Virus record (IMG/VR): IMGVR_UViG_3300022555_000016
DNA length: 64,000 nt
Reading direction: 5' to 3' (one strand)
Source: an uncultured virus (IMG/VR IMGVR_UViG_3300022555_000016)
Taxonomy: Duplodnaviria > Heunggongvirae > Uroviricota > Caudoviricetes
A program made the position numbers and the translations under genes. Positions 10,835 through 20,061 of this stretch are shown here, in pieces. The notes beneath the pieces are model-generated. The model saw only the letters and a program-made list of their open reading frames with translations, made no database searches and was not told the DNA's origin. Positions within the stretch are counted from its first letter, which is position 1. Every line of letters starts with the position of its first letter.

Positions 10835-11188
10835 TTAGACTGCCCGACGAACCTTCTCACCGCCGGTTAACCCCTTGCGCCGTTTGTGGCTAGCATGTCT
10901 TTTTGACTTATGACCACCACGACGGCCCTTAGCATGGACCTTCCCAGCTGCTGGGTGTTTGCCCAACTTAGACTTGCGCCCGAATTTTGTTTTACCTGTC
11001 CTGAGTGTACGCAGTAAACCGAGTCGCGCGGCTTTAATATGAGCAGCCGAACGACGCTTACCTTTCAAGTGGCGCATAGCCTTCTTAAGGGACTTTGATA
11101 ACTTGATGTCCTTGTGCCGCAATTTCCCCGTCTTGCGGTCTAAGACCATTGTAGATGGTACTTTAACCGAAACTGTATGCCTAGACAT
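10835..11188 (-). CDS. Small basic K/R/H/G-rich protein (protamine-like)
   Basis: 117 aa, strongly basic, KGRRGGH and RTGKT motifs, AAGGAG RBS. Confidence 0.8.
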   Translation of the reverse strand: MSRHTVSVKVPSTMVLDRKTGKLRHKDIKLSKSLKKAMRHLKGKRRSAAHIKAARLGLLRTLRTGKTKFGRKSKLGKHPAAGKVHAKGRRGGHKSKRHASHKRRKGLTGGEKVRRAV

Positions 11189-11300
11189 AACGTGTACTCC
11201 TTAAGGGTTGTACTATTTTAGATTGTGGTGGGTAGGCTTAGCAAACAAAAAATAAAAGAAAATAATGTTTTTCGCCTAGGCTTTATTTTCTGGGAATAAT

Positions 11301-11308
11301 CTAATTTT
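11301..11308 (+). promoter_or_regulatory. Putative phage promoter motif CTAATTTT
   Basis: One of at least 17 gene-oriented copies; about 40 bp upstream of 11347. Confidence 0.55.
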
Positions 11309-11346
11309 AGTTTAGTAGGTTGTTTAGAATCACTTAGGATTATAAA

Positions 11347-11760
11347 ATGCGCTTAGAGAATCCGTTGAAGACGTACGATAACGTTGAGAACCGGGTGTTT
11401 TCCTGCCAGTTTCATGCGGTATTCTGTCCCAAGTACCGTAGGAAACTTCTGACCCCTCCTATAGCAGAATGTTTAACCAACTTCATTTTAAAGAAACAGA
11501 AGGCTATAAACTACAAGGTACTAGAGATTAACGTTCTAGTAGACCATGTTCACTTGGTACTCAGTATTGACCCGTCACACAGCATGCAGTCAATCATTGC
11601 CGAAATTAAGTATCAATCAAGTCCTATGTTAAGGAAAGAGTTTCCAGAGCTTAAAACCAAACTATCTACTGTTTGGAACCGGGCTTACTTTATCAGTACT
11701 GTTGGTAACTTGGATTCAATGGACATACCCAAGTGGCTTCAGAATCAGAAGAATATTTAA
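11347..11760 (+). CDS. tnpA: IS200/IS605 TnpA (Y1) homolog with the catalytic Tyr replaced by Trp
   Basis: FCPKYRRKLL, HUH motif DHVHL, WxRxYFISTVG. The YxxxQ helix reads KWLQNQ. Confidence 0.85.
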   Translation: MRLENPLKTYDNVENRVFSCQFHAVFCPKYRRKLLTPPIAECLTNFILKKQKAINYKVLEINVLVDHVHLVLSIDPSHSMQSIIAEIKYQSSPMLRKEFPELKTKLSTVWNRAYFISTVGNLDSMDIPKWLQNQKNI

Positions 11761-11773
11761 CGGGAGTTAAGTC

Positions 11774-13309
11774 ATGTGTGCAGGCTGTGGTAAGGCTAAT
11801 CATCACCCGGATGAATCAGAGAAGCCTAAACTTAAAGCTAAACCTTTGAAACATCGTCCTCGACATATTACCCGTCGCCCTAAGAAAATTAAGTATCCTG
11901 AAGAAGTTGCTTCTGCCAAAAAAGCAAGGAAAGCTTTAGACAAAGAGCTATCAGAGGAGATACCTCTAAAATTCAATAGTTTATTTCCTGAATTCTTACT
12001 TACTCCTAAAGTTTATACAGGATTACTGAAGGAGACGTGTAATGATTGTGACTTAGAAGACGACGGTTTCATAATCCCTATGACTAAAAAAATAGGAGGT
12101 CGTAGAAAAACTCATGAACATCACGTAGCAGATGTTAAACGTGTTCATGATGATAGGGTTATTGTATTAGGTATATATAACGGTAATAAAAATAAAATCC
12201 TCTATGGCTGTAAGGAAGGTCATACTTGGTACGCTACTCCTAACAATATAATACAAGGTAAAGGTTGCCCTTATTGTGCAAGTAATCGTAAGAAGACGCA
12301 GCCTGAGCACATAGCAGACGTTAAGCAAGTTCATGGTGACAATGTTATTGTGTTAGGTATTTATATAAATGCCCATACCAAAATCCTCTATGGCTGTAAG
12401 GAAGGTCATACTTGGTATTCTAAGCCTAAAAACATTTTATCAGGTTATAGTTGTCCAAAATGTTCTAAAAACCGTATGAGGACGCAGCCTGAGCACATAG
12501 CAGACGTTAAGCAAGTTCATGGTGACAATGTTATTGTGTTAGGTATATATACAGGCGCACAAGTAAAAATTCTCTACGGATGTAATAAGGGTCATACATG
12601 GTATGCTAAACCGTATCATATATTAAGCGGTACAGGCTGTCCGTTCTGCAACGGTGGAATTCCTTTTACTCATGAACATCACGTAGCAGATGTTAAACGT
12701 GTTCATGATGATAGGGTTATTGTATTAGGTGTTTACACTAGAGCACATGTAAAAATCCTCTATGGATGTAAAGAAAAAGGACACACTTGGTATGCTACAC
12801 CTAATAGTATACTTAATGGTAGAGGATGTCCGTTCTGTAGTAACTCAGGCTACTCTAAGTCAGGTATTAAATGGTTAACTGCTGAAGAAAAGAGGTTAAA
12901 AATAAAAATAAAACACTACAAAAATATCGGCGAACATAGGATACCTACCTGCAATAATGGAAGAAAAGACATCAGATTGGATGGTAAACTAATAGGTAAC
13001 TTAGGGTTTTTGAAGGTTGCGTTTGAGCACCACGGCGATAGTTATCATGGAAACCCTGCTAAGTTTAAGCCTAATGATAAATGTAATCCTTACCGAAAGA
13101 ATACGCCAGCTAAGACTCTTTACAAAGAGACTATAACTAGAGAGAACTTTATCCTGTCTAAAGGTTTTGTTGTCATCAGGATATGGTACTCTGAGTTTAT
13201 CGAAAATAAGCGTGCTATCATGATTATATCTAGCACTAATAAAAATAAGAAACTATACAAAGGTTTGGCTAAAATGTGGGGTTATAAACCTGAGATTAGA
13301 GTAATATAA
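11774..13309 (+). CDS. Four tandem Zn-ribbon repeats plus a C-terminal Vsr/PD-(D/E)XK-like endonuclease
   Basis: Four 62-aa CxxGHxW...GCPxC repeats (186-bp period). C-terminal RLDG...FEHHGDSYHG...VIRIW. Confidence 0.8.
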   Translation: MCAGCGKANHHPDESEKPKLKAKPLKHRPRHITRRPKKIKYPEEVASAKKARKALDKELSEEIPLKFNSLFPEFLLTPKVYTGLLKETCNDCDLEDDGFIIPMTKKIGGRRKTHEHHVADVKRVHDDRVIVLGIYNGNKNKILYGCKEGHTWYATPNNIIQGKGCPYCASNRKKTQPEHIADVKQVHGDNVIVLGIYINAHTKILYGCKEGHTWYSKPKNILSGYSCPKCSKNRMRTQPEHIADVKQVHGDNVIVLGIYTGAQVKILYGCNKGHTWYAKPYHILSGTGCPFCNGGIPFTHEHHVADVKRVHDDRVIVLGVYTRAHVKILYGCKEKGHTWYATPNSILNGRGCPFCSNSGYSKSGIKWLTAEEKRLKIKIKHYKNIGEHRIPTCNNGRKDIRLDGKLIGNLGFLKVAFEHHGDSYHGNPAKFKPNDKCNPYRKNTPAKTLYKETITRENFILSKGFVVIRIWYSEFIENKRAIMIISSTNKNKKLYKGLAKMWGYKPEIRVI

Positions 13310-13318
13310 GTTAGATTC

Positions 13319-13360
13319 AAGCCAAGCCTATTAAGAGATATCTCTTAATAGGCTTGGCTT
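13319..13360. terminator. Perfect 42-bp palindrome, probable bidirectional terminator
   Basis: AAGCCAAGCCTATTAAGAGAT|ATCTCTTAATAGGCTTGGCTT between convergent genes. Confidence 0.8.
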
Positions 13361-13366
13361 TTATGA

Positions 13367-13729
13367 TTAAGCATTAGTAGGAAGTAAGTTTAGAACAGCA
13401 TCAGTACCAACAGAAGTCAAGGCTAATAATACAAAAATCATTGGGCTACTGATATTGATATAACTAGGAATCTGGGCGGATATAACACCTGCCGCAGATA
13501 TCGCTAAAGAACTACAAGGTATCTCGTAAAGTGCCTCATACGAGTCCAAATAGACGGTATTCGCCCCAGTGGATGACGTATTCTGAGCACGCCCAATAAT
13601 TATTATTCTTCCCGGAGTCTGGTCAATTCTCAAAATAGTAGGTACTGGAATGTCCGCAGACACGGGAAAATAGCTATACAGGCCGAGTCTCGAGTTTAAC
13701 GAGAATTGCACTGGGTTCACTAACGGCAT
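13367..13729 (-). CDS. Hypothetical protein
   Basis: 120-aa ORF with AAGGA RBS and promoter motif at 13814-13822. Confidence 0.65.
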   Translation of the reverse strand: MPLVNPVQFSLNSRLGLYSYFPVSADIPVPTILRIDQTPGRIIIIGRAQNTSSTGANTVYLDSYEALYEIPCSSLAISAAGVISAQIPSYINISSPMIFVLLALTSVGTDAVLNLLPTNA

Positions 13730-13846
13730 GGTTGTAATCCTTAGACTAATTATTGTTAAAGTAGAAACGTAGAAAGCAATGGAAAAGACATTTTTGTTAT
13801 TATAGTTATAACTAAAATTAAGTTATTGAATCTAAACTATTAGAAG

Positions 13847-14074
13847 TTAGTTATGCCAGGGGTGGCAAGTCACGTCTTTTCCCGTTCGTACCAACCAAAT
13901 GTTGGAACCTTTCTTACGAAGTTTTGAAGGAACTAGATGAGCTGCCACCGCAATAATGCGATTCTCGAGGACGAATTCGACTGCAAGTTGGATAGAGTGC
14001 TCGGATACATCGAGTACCCGAGCTTTTAACCTTGTTTGAGTATCGTTAGACGGAGTAAACTGCTTTGCTGGCAT
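13847..14074 (-). CDS. Hypothetical protein
   Basis: 75-aa ORF in a minus-strand gene run. Confidence 0.5.
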   Translation of the reverse strand: MPAKQFTPSNDTQTRLKARVLDVSEHSIQLAVEFVLENRIIAVAAHLVPSKLRKKGSNIWLVRTGKDVTCHPWHN

Positions 14075-14122
14075 GGAAAAATGTGCTCTTGATCACTGTT
14101 AAAACGGGTTGATGAAAAAAGA

Positions 14123-14677
14123 TTAAGGTTTAAGTGGCTCAGTGTATTCTTTTACTATAGTAATTGGGTAGTCAAACTGTGGAGGGTTTTGTGGTAGCTT
14201 ATAGCCAGGCGGAAGTGTTTTGGTCAAGGTTATGTGAGGCTTGTATTGAGGGTAGTCAAAACTAGCACCTAACCGTTTAGCTATCTGATGACGAAGCTGA
14301 AGGAATGTACTTTTAAACTCCACTGCTACTACTAGCTTGTCCGTACCTAAAATAGTTAAATTTCTCCAACCTTTATTGATTATTGGTGTGCTTAGAGTGT
14401 CTAGGCACGGGTACTGCTTAACTGGTTTACGACTATAGACTATGGTCGTGTGGTATTCAGAGGGATTAAGTAGATTCGGCAATTTCAAATGACGGGCGTA
14501 AACGTCTAGTGCATGTACTGTATTCAGTGAGAATTTTACGGCAACACATAGACCAGGATCGTTAATTACATCATGAATACTCTTATAAGAGAGTAATTCG
14601 TATGAATCTAGATAATCAGATGAGTCAGATGAGTCAATTTCAAAAAGATCAAAGGAATCAAAGAACGAATCCATCAC
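14123..14677 (-). CDS. acb1: Acb1 / T4 gp57B-like 2H phosphoesterase (anti-CBASS nuclease family)
   Basis: GLxVAxKFS, HTTIVYSR, LxxRHxxAxxLGAxxDY, YKPHITL and EYxEPLK match the T4 57B pattern as I recall it. Both HxT motifs are intact. Confidence 0.85.
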   Translation of the reverse strand: MMDSFFDSFDLFEIDSSDSSDYLDSYELLSYKSIHDVINDPGLCVAVKFSLNTVHALDVYARHLKLPNLLNPSEYHTTIVYSRKPVKQYPCLDTLSTPIINKGWRNLTILGTDKLVVAVEFKSTFLQLRHQIAKRLGASFDYPQYKPHITLTKTLPPGYKLPQNPPQFDYPITIVKEYTEPLKP

Positions 14678-14678
14678 A

Positions 14679-15242
14679 TTAACCTTTCTTAGTACCTGCT
14701 TTTTCTACTCCAGCCGCGTCTAAAGTCCACTTGGACAATGTATCTACGGGTTTATTAACGTCTACAGGCTTGATCAGCTTAACATTTCGCATGTTAGACA
14801 AGCGAGTAAACACTATTCGAATTATACCAGGAATGGCCTCAACTGCTGCTTTCTCAGATAACGCTTTTCCAACATCTGTTGACGGATCGCTCATTATCTT
14901 AAGGGCCAAGTCTTTAGCACTCTTAGGAGCCTTGCTCAGTTCTTGAACGATAGCGTCAGATAGAAGCTCCGGGAACAATTTTTTAGGTTGCCCACTACTA
15001 TTGGCCGAAAGATAATATTGCATTCTGATTGCTGCCGTCGTTTCGTGATTCGTAGGGATATGCAACATTTTCTTTAGTACATGGACCGCAACAGGGTAGA
15101 AAGAATCACTATTGGTACCGTATTGTTTGGCTGATTGTTCTTTAGCTTGATCCCATAGGGTCTCAGCGTGTTTTAGTGTAATCTGCTTCTTATTGTGTTT
15201 ATTAGCCTTAGCAACTAAACTTTTCAACATAGGAAGCGGCAT
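14679..15242 (-). CDS. Hypothetical protein, possibly virion-associated
   Basis: 187 aa, AGGAG RBS, promoter motif at 15277-15285. Confidence 0.7.
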   Translation of the reverse strand: MPLPMLKSLVAKANKHNKKQITLKHAETLWDQAKEQSAKQYGTNSDSFYPVAVHVLKKMLHIPTNHETTAAIRMQYYLSANSSGQPKKLFPELLSDAIVQELSKAPKSAKDLALKIMSDPSTDVGKALSEKAAVEAIPGIIRIVFTRLSNMRNVKLIKPVDVNKPVDTLSKWTLDAAGVEKAGTKKG

Positions 15243-15294
15243 AGTTTAAACTCCTTTAGAAACCTACTTAACAATTAAAATTAGGTTCTTGTAA

Positions 15295-15834
15295 TTAAAG
15301 TGCGTAGGGAAGTAGTTGTTTTAAACTGCTCAGATCGTACACGAGTAGATAATTACCGACAGAAGAGTCTTTGACAAACATAGCGGTATAGCGGTCAGAC
15401 ATATGCTTAATCCATAAGGTAGAGTTGTCTTCGTACAAAGAGAAATAAATGAATCCTAACAATCTTTTAATGGGCAGCTTCTTTAGCATCAAGTTTTTAA
15501 TGAGATAGTCAACACACTCCACATGCTCGTCTGGTGTTTTGTTTTTAGCAAGATTGGTCATCTTTGGCGAGTTTTCCACCAGGAACCGGATAAGTTTTTC
15601 AGAAGGTTTACCTTGCTCTGGCACTAACCGATTAACTTTAATTGAGTATTTATAAGTCAGACCTGTGGAGAAGAAAGGCGTTGAAAACACAAGGTTCCCT
15701 GCCCCGTAGACACTATCCACAGCTATTACCAATTCTCCTCCGCTGTACCACGAACGACTCTTTACAAATTCAGTTTGTTCTTTAGTAGTAGATAACGGCT
15801 CAACCTCTCCCTTATCCATAGGTAGAACAGACAT
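15295..15834 (-). CDS. Hypothetical protein
   Basis: 179 aa, AGGAG RBS. Confidence 0.7.
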   Translation of the reverse strand: MSVLPMDKGEVEPLSTTKEQTEFVKSRSWYSGGELVIAVDSVYGAGNLVFSTPFFSTGLTYKYSIKVNRLVPEQGKPSEKLIRFLVENSPKMTNLAKNKTPDEHVECVDYLIKNLMLKKLPIKRLLGFIYFSLYEDNSTLWIKHMSDRYTAMFVKDSSVGNYLLVYDLSSLKQLLPYAL

Positions 15835-15875
15835 GAAAAACTCCTAACTTAAAACGTGTTCGGTAACGTAGAGGT

Positions 15876-17186
15876 TTAGGCTGGAGCGAGTCGCACTCTG
15901 GTAACCACAGTGATTCTAGAACCATTGAAGGTGTCGTGTTTCTTGACGCCTCCTGTCAGAGTGAAAATTTGACCGGCCGCGCCAGCACGGATATCGGTGG
16001 GAGGATTACTGGCCCACCAAGTTATTTGGTTCCCTGTACCAACTTCTTCAAATTTAACCAAATAGCAGATTCCAAACTGAGACTCTATCGGCTTAGGCAA
16101 GGCTAATAGCTTTGCTTTAACGGTTATTTTTTGGCCTAATTCTCCAACCCAGTTCTGGCCTGATTCAGGCTTACTATCGGACTCTTTCCTCTTAGCCATT
16201 GCTTTATCATAGTACGGAATAATTGAGGCCGCGTAACCGAAGAACTTGGTCTCTATGGGACGGTTATTACGGTAAGCACCAATAATTCCAAGTAGATTAT
16301 GTTCATAGTCAGACCGCTTATGCATAGGCTTAGCGGAGATAAGTTTCTCAGATTCTTCAATTATCTCTTTAGCTTTTTCAAAGTCAGCTTCAGAGACAGG
16401 TAAGGGCTTAAAATGCTGGTCAGGCTTACGAAAGATGTTCTCCATAACATTTGAACTGGTGGACGGCATTGAATCAGACGAAGCCGCCTTAGACACCCAA
16501 CCGTACTTCTTAATAACCACTAAAGCATGAGCTAATAGCACGTTAAGAGGACAGGCCATAGGCTCACGAGGACCACGTTCCTCGTCTTCAAGATCAGAAA
16601 TAGCTTTGTCAAGTTGGTTCAACGCTGTAGCGTAACCTAGGAAAAGGGCCGGGTCAGTATGACCCAGGAAATCTTTAAGGCAAGAGCTACCAATACACTG
16701 GATTTGGGCTGATTTAGGCTTAGTTGAATTGAAAACTACATATGTCTGCCGACGATCTCTCTTGGTGTGGCAGTAGGAACATTCGGGAGCCGCCTCCCTG
16801 TATTTCAGAGGTACAGGAGGTAAACTAGTATCAGGAACCACGTTGATTATCGGTGTACCAAGTGTATGATCAATAACCGCCAATAGAGTCCAATCGTTCA
16901 ACTTAGGTGCCTTACCCTCAACCCGCATTAAATAGTACAAAACCTTGGTGATGTCTTTACCGACACGGATTGGTTTAAATTCTTCACGAATTTTGGTCAA
17001 AGTTATCGGTGACACCTTTAATTTAGCAGCTTTCTTGTTAAGCTCTGCAATCTTGCCTTCAAGCCAAGCAACATTGGCGGCAGGCACCAATAGCTCACGG
17101 TAGTTGACTGCAGTGACAGTATCTGCAGTGACAGGCAATAGTTTGGACTGAAGGTAATAATCAATTCTTTGTAGTAACGTGCTCAT
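15876..17186 (-). CDS. Phage protein with a CxxC Zn site and an OB-fold-like C-terminus
   Basis: CSYCHTKRDRRQTY...GSSCLKDFLG. N-terminal LLQRIDYYL followed by VTA twice. Confidence 0.65.
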   Translation of the reverse strand: MSTLLQRIDYYLQSKLLPVTADTVTAVNYRELLVPAANVAWLEGKIAELNKKAAKLKVSPITLTKIREEFKPIRVGKDITKVLYYLMRVEGKAPKLNDWTLLAVIDHTLGTPIINVVPDTSLPPVPLKYREAAPECSYCHTKRDRRQTYVVFNSTKPKSAQIQCIGSSCLKDFLGHTDPALFLGYATALNQLDKAISDLEDEERGPREPMACPLNVLLAHALVVIKKYGWVSKAASSDSMPSTSSNVMENIFRKPDQHFKPLPVSEADFEKAKEIIEESEKLISAKPMHKRSDYEHNLLGIIGAYRNNRPIETKFFGYAASIIPYYDKAMAKRKESDSKPESGQNWVGELGQKITVKAKLLALPKPIESQFGICYLVKFEEVGTGNQITWWASNPPTDIRAGAAGQIFTLTGGVKKHDTFNGSRITVVTRVRLAPA

Positions 17187-17199
17187 AGCTGTGGTACCT

Positions 17200-17547
17200 C
17201 TATTTAGCTTGTTCTGAAGCCAGTTGTTTCAATTTGGCTTTGTTAGCTTCGGCGAGCGGGATTGAGTCTGATTTATTAGCACCAACCCTGATGCTACTGC
17301 GGACAATGTAGATTTTCTTGGTACCGTCTTTGTCACTCGGATGATGCCGATGAGGTACTTCCTTACTACCGCCGGTATGTGTGGCTACGTATTTATAGCC
17401 TAGCTTCAACAACCCTTGAGCAAACTGCATTCCAGTCTTTGTTAAAGGCGTTTTAAGTGATTCTGACTGGAGAAATTCAGTAGCGGTTACTTCAGTTTTA
17501 GGATTGTGGCTCTGGAGGTAGGATTCAATTTCGGTTAATAAAGCCAT
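17200..17547 (-). CDS. Hypothetical protein, IDxYL-motif family
   Basis: MALLTEIESYLQS...EVTA. Confidence 0.7.
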   Translation of the reverse strand: MALLTEIESYLQSHNPKTEVTATEFLQSESLKTPLTKTGMQFAQGLLKLGYKYVATHTGGSKEVPHRHHPSDKDGTKKIYIVRSSIRVGANKSDSIPLAEANKAKLKQLASEQAK

Positions 17548-17580
17548 TTTGGAAATCCTTACTTTGATCTATGATTAAAA

Positions 17581-18213
17581 TTAGGTTCCGTTGGAAAGTT
17601 TCTCAAGTTCAAACTTGGCGATAGCATAGGTTTGCATATCTCCGTAGCCTTTCAAACTTAAGTTTAAGGCGTTATCTGTTTTGGGATTATATAGGTAAGT
17701 GTTTCTACCTTTCTTGACTACGGTGTTAAAACCACGGTTAAACATGTTGTCGATGTACTCTTTACAAGTGACGATTTGCCCGTCTTCGGCTTGACGGATT
17801 TTAGTTGCCGAGACTTTCTTAGAGGCACGGTCAAATTCTTTAGTAGCTTTGTCCAGTTTCTCTTTATCTTCTACATCTTGAGGGTCAACACCAGCCCACT
17901 TTAGAATCGTTTTCCAAGTGTCGCCTTGACCCTTAGGTAGTTTTACCCCGGTTACCTGCGTGAATACGTTCTTACCAGTGTCATTGAGACCGTTAGCAAG
18001 GTATTTTAAGACTTGATGATCACGGTTTAAAACGGCATCAGCAAAAGTTAGGTGGAATTTTGAGACCGGGTTATTAGAATTAGTTTTCTCGTTTAGGACA
18101 TCAGCGTACAACTGGGCTATTTGTTCCTTAGTCCAGGTTTTGGGTTTAATTGGCTTAGTAGTGTTAGCTTGAAATAAATACTGGTCTATTTGAGACAATA
18201 GGTTATTATACAT
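17581..18213 (-). CDS. Hypothetical protein, IDxYL-motif family
   Basis: NLLSQIDQYLFQ, 210 aa. Confidence 0.7.
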   Translation of the reverse strand: MYNNLLSQIDQYLFQANTTKPIKPKTWTKEQIAQLYADVLNEKTNSNNPVSKFHLTFADAVLNRDHQVLKYLANGLNDTGKNVFTQVTGVKLPKGQGDTWKTILKWAGVDPQDVEDKEKLDKATKEFDRASKKVSATKIRQAEDGQIVTCKEYIDNMFNRGFNTVVKKGRNTYLYNPKTDNALNLSLKGYGDMQTYAIAKFELEKLSNGT

Positions 18214-18262
18214 TTTGGCTTACCTTTCTAGTTAGTATTTGACTGATGTTACTGTACCGTCC

Positions 18263-18296
18263 GTCAAGCTACTCCACGCTAAAACGTTGGAGCTTG
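18263..18296. mobile_element. Solo IS200/IS605-like terminal hairpin remnant
   Basis: GTCAAGCTACTCCACGCTAAAACGTTGGAGCTTG resembles the GTCAACTACCCC-N-CTAAAG-N-GGGGCTTG ends of IS200/IS605 and IscB elements. Confidence 0.5.
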
Positions 18297-18386
18297 CCCT
18301 CCGGAGACTTTTGCCCAGGACTGAACAACTTAGGGTCTCAAAGAGTTTAGGTTAAACTGAAACTTACCAAACTCTTTTACTACAAT

Positions 18387-18417
18387 AACCCTCTTAGGAT
18401 TAAATCCTAAGAGGGTT
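18387..18417. terminator. Terminator hairpin
   Basis: AACCCTCTTAGGAT / ATCCTAAGAGGGTT, 14-bp inverted repeat. Confidence 0.65.
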
Positions 18418-18433
18418 TCTTATTGTCTATTGT

Positions 18434-18919
18434 CTAGTCAGAATAGTGTTTCATCTCTGCCAACCGGCCAAGTTTCTTAAACTCGTCAAGGGTTACCAGT
18501 TGATCTGTTTCAGAATCGTCTACTTTTAAACCAGACTTGAAATAGCCTAAAAGTACACGATTCTCAAAAAGTTTTGTACAATTATACCCGTAATCAAACT
18601 GCACATAATAGGCACCGTCACTACGAGTATCTTCGTTCAAAAAGAATGAGTAAGCAATGCCGGTAGGGGCGAAATGTTTCATTAAACCTTCGTGGGTTAC
18701 TCTCCTAGCGTCGCCTAGGTACAAAGTGGTTGAGTTCTCAGGTAAAATTCCACGTAAGGAACCGTGAGAAGAAGTGCTGATCAACTTTTTAACTTAGGAC
18801 CACGTTGGGCTTTTGTAGACTCGGACAGGTTGACTATGGATTTCAACCACTTCAAACAACGCGGCGGCAGTGGTCAGGTAAAAGTTAATCCTTTGTTGGG
18901 CAATAGTTACCGTTAACAT
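18434..18919 (-). pseudogene. Single-domain paralog of the repeat in the 1385-aa protein, with an in-frame TAA
   Basis: ATG at 18919: MLTVTIAQQRINFYL...PVRVYKSPTWS*VKKLISTSSHGSLRGIL. TAA at 18794-18796 is in frame with ORF 18434..18784. Confidence 0.8.
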
Positions 18920-18931
18920 ATAGTTCTCCAA

Positions 18932-19423
18932 TTACTGCTTACTAGGCACACCAAACTTTATGAACCGTTTTATATAGTCATAACCTTTAAACGTATAACC
19001 CATTCCATATAATCCTTGGGCTACTACCTCGTATATGTTAGGATTTAAAGTTAAATAGAAGTTAACAGCTTGTCGGCATGGCTTAAGTGTTTTAGCGTCA
19101 ACATTTAAAGAATTTTCGTGTTGGGAAAACAAAACTCTAACCCAACCTAACTCAAACATAGCTGCGAAAATATCGTGATTATCTTGAGTCTCAAACCCTG
19201 TGTCATTAGGAATATGGAACCAATTATGATTTAAGCCAAACAATTCGGGATGACTGTAGGCAAATTCCGTATGACCAAAAGGTTCAGGTACTTCAACAGA
19301 AGTTTTTGTCGGCTTAAATCAATAACGGTAGAAACCTGGAGGCTCTGATGCGTTATGTTGATAGTTAAATTTGTTTTGTACGTAAAAGTTAATCCGTTGT
19401 TGAGCTGTAGTTTGTTGAACCAT
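18932..19423 (-). pseudogene. Hypothetical protein with an in-frame TGA
   Basis: ATG at 19423: MVQQTTAQQRINFYV...FYRY*FKPTK continues into ORF 18932..19243. TGA at 19319-19321. Confidence 0.75.
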
Positions 19424-19429
19424 TACATT

Positions 19430-19927
19430 TTACCTTTTACTGATAATTTTGAAACCGGATTCGCGTAACAAGTCCAGTGCAGTATCAGACAGTTGGTACC
19501 GGCCGTTGTCTAGCTTCTTGATTCCACGGTGTTTGGAGAGACGAGATTCGGCGGCGGGATTGACTACTTGGATGAAGTTGGACGACTTGCCCGAGTGTGT
19601 AATTAGAAAATCAGCACCGGCTAGACGTTTGTTGTTAACGTCTTGCTCGGCTTGGAAACCAGGATCGGACCAACCTTGCCGGTTGTGTAGCAGACGACTA
19701 ACGGTATCCGCTGACGTATTGGTCTCTTTAGCAATGTGGTCTATTACAGTTTGTTGGCTTTTAAACTTTGGACTGTTATGCAACTGGTCAAACAGCGTAC
19801 GAATTTTCTCGTCTCGGTCTAATATGTCACCGAACGGTTGGTAGATTTTAGCAGGACCTAACGTGTCCTTCATAGCAGTTACATTGTATTGTTGGAGGTA
19901 AGCGTCAATTTCTGTTAGGATAGACAT
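19430..19927 (-). CDS. Hypothetical protein, IDxYL-motif family
   Basis: MSILTEIDAYLQQYNVTA. Confidence 0.7.
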   Translation of the reverse strand: MSILTEIDAYLQQYNVTAMKDTLGPAKIYQPFGDILDRDEKIRTLFDQLHNSPKFKSQQTVIDHIAKETNTSADTVSRLLHNRQGWSDPGFQAEQDVNNKRLAGADFLITHSGKSSNFIQVVNPAAESRLSKHRGIKKLDNGRYQLSDTALDLLRESGFKIISKR

Positions 19928-20032
19928 TTTACACCTTTATCTTAAAATTCCACTGGTAAAGTTTAGTACATAGGTACCCTGACATATCGGGAGGGTACCT
20001 ATTTAACCAAGACTAAAACCCCAATTTACTCG

Positions 20033-20061
20033 TTGCTAATCCTGGAGAATCGTGGTATAAT
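20033..20061 (+). promoter_or_regulatory. Sigma70-type promoter
   Basis: TTGCTA, 17-bp spacer, TATAAT, with the extended -10 TG. Confidence 0.65.

Noticed and set aside
11347..13309. Active IS200/IS605 transposon
   Set aside because: The catalytic Tyr is missing, no end hairpins flank the cassette, and the partner gene is not TnpB or IscB.
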